From the NCBI GenBank assembly GCA_964270895.1, contig OZ185441.1: a stretch of DNA of 64,000 nucleotides, one strand, 5' to 3'. The notes below the pieces were generated by a model that worked only from the letters and a program-made list of their open reading frames with translations, made no database searches and was not told the origin of the DNA. Numbering within the stretch: position 1 is the stretch's first letter; each line of letters starts with the position of its first letter. Of the stretch, positions 61,388 through 64,000 are shown one piece after another. The position numbers and the translations under genes were made by a program. The DNA is from Podarcis filfolensis. Lineage: Eukaryota.

Positions 61388-61524
61388 ATGTAAAGCAAGC
61401 CAACTCCCAACGTCCTTCCAGAACCAACAGTGGAGGAGGAGGAGGAGGAGGAGGAAGCAGTGGAGGAGGAGGGAAAAAAGGTGGCAAGAAAGAAGATACT
61501 AACTGGTGGTCCAGAATGCAAAAG
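61388..61524 (+). CDS. AFG3L2: AFG3L2 exon 4, (D)VKQANSQRPSRTNSGGGGGGGGSSGGGGKKGGKKEDTNWWSRMQK
   Basis: TAG acceptor, GT donor at 61525, phase 1/0. Poly-Gly tract and WWSR motif. Confidence 0.93.
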
Positions 61525-62099
61525 GTCCCAATTCATATTTTTTGTGACACTGCTTTTATCAACCTGCTTTATTCTGTTTTGCAGTTCTGTAAAATATTAT
61601 TACTTCTCTAAATGTTATTCAGATTATTTTCACCATGGGGATGCTGTTGACTTACATGGTTTTTTAAACTCAGTTACTTACGTGTTTCTTAAATTTCTTT
61701 GAAAGATTATATGAATCTAAGATTTATAGTGGCCCTGACTCAAGGCCCAGTATGCAGTGCAGTAGATTTTGTGAGCTTTTGCAAAGCAAGCATTCCCATT
61801 CACCTCAGAAAAGCTCAGCACATTTCATATGTGAATCTGCCTCTCCACCAAGTTAATAGAAAAGGGTTTGTAGGTGGGAATGAAGGCATGACTGTAATTC
61901 CAGACACTTTTTCATGTTTTTATGAATAAATCTTCTTTGTAGGCTAATGCACAATATTTTTTTATTCTGTAAAAAAATTCTTTTACAAATTGGTGCTTAC
62001 ATAGGGCTGCTTTTGTGACAGCAGATCACGAAACCCACCCTTTTCACATACAAAAGTCAATCTCAATCCAGTATTCCTTCTCTCTCTTTTCTCCTTTAG

Positions 62100-62252
62100 G
62101 GTGACTTTCCCTGGGATGACAAAGAGTTTCGTTTTTATTTCATGGGCACTGCAATTTTCTGGGCTTTTGCTACATACTATGTTTTCTTCAGGAATGCTGG
62201 GAGAGAAATCACATGGAAGGACTTTGCCAACAACTACCTTTCCAAAGGAGTG
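62100..62252 (+). CDS. AFG3L2: AFG3L2 exon 5, [51 protein letters not shown] (first TM helix)
   Basis: Long pyrimidine tract + TAG acceptor, GTAAGT donor at 62253, 153 nt. FtsH-type EITWKDF motif. Confidence 0.97.
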
Positions 62253-63311
62253 GTAAGTAGCACTGAGGCACCTTCAGCTGAAATGTACATTTCACAGAAT
62301 AAGTTATCCATTGTGACTGAATGTAAACCAGGGTGGGCTATAATTTAATTGAAGCTGGAAAGCTGGAATTTGTATTAAAAAAAGAAGAAGAAAATTACCG
62401 CATGTGGTCAGAACTTTTATTCCAGAAACAAAAGCAATTGGCAAAAAGTAGAGGTTAGCCATATTGTTAGAAAATGGCCTAAGACATTTTGAGTTCCATG
62501 GCTCTTTTTAAGGACATATTATTTATTTGAAACTTTTCCTGCCTTTGCTTCAAAAAACTCAAGGAAAGTAATTTAAAATATAAAAATAGCAAGCTAAAAA
62601 AACACACCAAGCAGCTAAAAAAACTCTTGAAGAGAGTTCAAGAATAAATTTAGTGTAATCGGCTAAAAGAGAGACCGTAAGTTTGCATTTTCTTCAAGAG
62701 TGGACAGGTTATTTACTTTGAGAACCTGATTTCTCAGGACTTGCTTGCTCACTGAGGCAAGAGAGGGCAGAGCTCTTACTCACACTATAGTTTGGATAAG
62801 AAAAGCAACAGCAGGCTGATCTTCTGTTTCCTTTGTGTTTGGCACAAGCTGAGTCAAGACCCCACTGACACATTCTTATTTCCTGTTGTGTTATTATCCA
62901 AGCCTTGGGCAGCAATATGAAACAGCACTCCACCTTACCCTGTGTCCCTGCATGCTTGCTAAAAGGATCAGAGGAGAAGCAATGTTTTAGCCTACTTGCA
63001 GGGTGCTTTGGCAAAGTGGAAAGGAACAGCAGAATCCACATAGTTTCTTTACTCAATCCCTAAGTGCAAGTGAAGGCAAGGCTCTTCCTGCAACGTTCTG
63101 TGCTTCATGGTAGGGTAAAAGAAATGGTACCTTGCCAAGGAATCAGTTTTATATTTGGGGACCTCTGCTTTTGGAAGAAAGATTTTGAACTTAAAATGTA
63201 TTGGGCCAGACATTTTAAAGCAGATTTTGGATGTTTTTTATTTTGAAACAGCCCTCAGCAGTTTCAGTACAATAATATCTCACAGGGTTGTGTTCATACA
63301 GCAAAAGGGAA

Positions 63312-63390
63312 GGTCTCTAGCTCAGGGGGAGAGACTATGCTTTACATGCAGAAGGTCTGAGGTTCAATCTTTGGCTTCTCCCAGGAGGAA
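63312..63390 (+). mobile_element. tRNA-derived SINE head fragment
   Basis: tagctcagggggagag...tgctttacatgcagaaggtctgaggttcaatc (A/B boxes, decayed). Confidence 0.55.
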
Positions 63391-63427
63391 AAAGTTACTG
63401 TCTGAAATGTATTTTGTGCTTTCACAG

Positions 63428-63502
63428 GTGGACAAGCTAGAAGTGGTGAACAAGCGCTTTGTTAGAGTGGTTTTTACCCCAGGGAAGTCGCCAATTGATG
63501 GG
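63428..63502 (+). CDS. AFG3L2: AFG3L2 exon 6, [25 protein letters not shown]; gene continues beyond the window
   Basis: CAG acceptor, GTAAAT donor at 63503, 75 nt, phase 0/0. Confidence 0.96.
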
Positions 63503-63862
63503 GTAAATCAATTTTTTCAATTCACCAAATGCATTAAGGGGTTGAATCATTTATGTTTGTAAACATTTCTGTATAACGTATTAAATATGGATCTGACAGT
63601 TTGTTATTTTGATGTATCAGGGCTGTGCTCTGTGCCCTTGCAGGTAAATGACAAAATGTATTGAACATGTGCAGAATCTGATGTCTAGTGCACCTTACAT
63701 ACTGTCGGAATCTCCACATGCTTTTTGCTTAAAGATGCAGAACATGATGTGCAAGTGTGGTTTCTCTGCACCATACCTATTAGGGATTTCACCTGTTATA
63801 TAGTGTTGTATAACACTATAATAGAAATTGCCATCAATGGGAGACATGGCAGAAGTCCTATA

Positions 63863-64000
63863 CAGTGGTACCTCAGGTTAAGTACTTAATTCGTTCCGGA
63901 GGTCCGTTCTTAACCTGAAACTGTTCTTAACCTGAAGCACCACTTTAGCTAATGGGGCCTCCCACTGCCGCTGCGCCACCGGAGCACAATTTCTGTTCTC
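63863..64000. mobile_element. Tc1/mariner-type MITE, copy 3 (cut by window end)
   Basis: TA + CAGTGGTACCTCAGGTTAAG start. About 9 differences from copy 2 over ~137 bp by manual comparison. Confidence 0.9.

Noticed and set aside
63312-63390. tRNA-like sequences (also 57403-57490 and 52330-52390)
   Set aside because: No complete cloverleaf or oligo-T terminator; these are SINE heads, not tRNA genes.

Overview
Vertebrate genomic DNA, most likely from a lacertid lizard or related squamate (inferred from Sauria-SINE, CR1, L2, Penelope and Tc1/mariner-type MITE relics). All gene calls come from manual translation and recalled vertebrate orthologues; no database search was run. Three spliced genes appear in the conserved vertebrate order. 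(1) The 3' half of SPIRE1 (+ strand): ten coding exons from 2382 to the stop at 29747. One is an intact 58-codon exon (18550-18723) matching the mitochondria-anchoring 'ExonC' of Spire1C. (2) The complete PRELID3A/SLMO1 (- strand): six coding exons, 54927 to 41531, 185 aa. (3) The first six coding exons of AFG3L2 (+ strand, ATG at 56932), head-to-head with PRELID3A across a ~2 kb CpG-rich promoter region that contains a MITE. The SPIRE1-PRELID3A interval holds a Penelope-type insert with a hammerhead-ribozyme core and a 12-bp target-site duplication. It also holds several unexplained coding-like + strand segments (38.5-41.1 kb), including a TATA/Kozak/56-aa ORF/AATAAA arrangement. No prokaryotic features (CRISPR, operons, rRNA) were seen.
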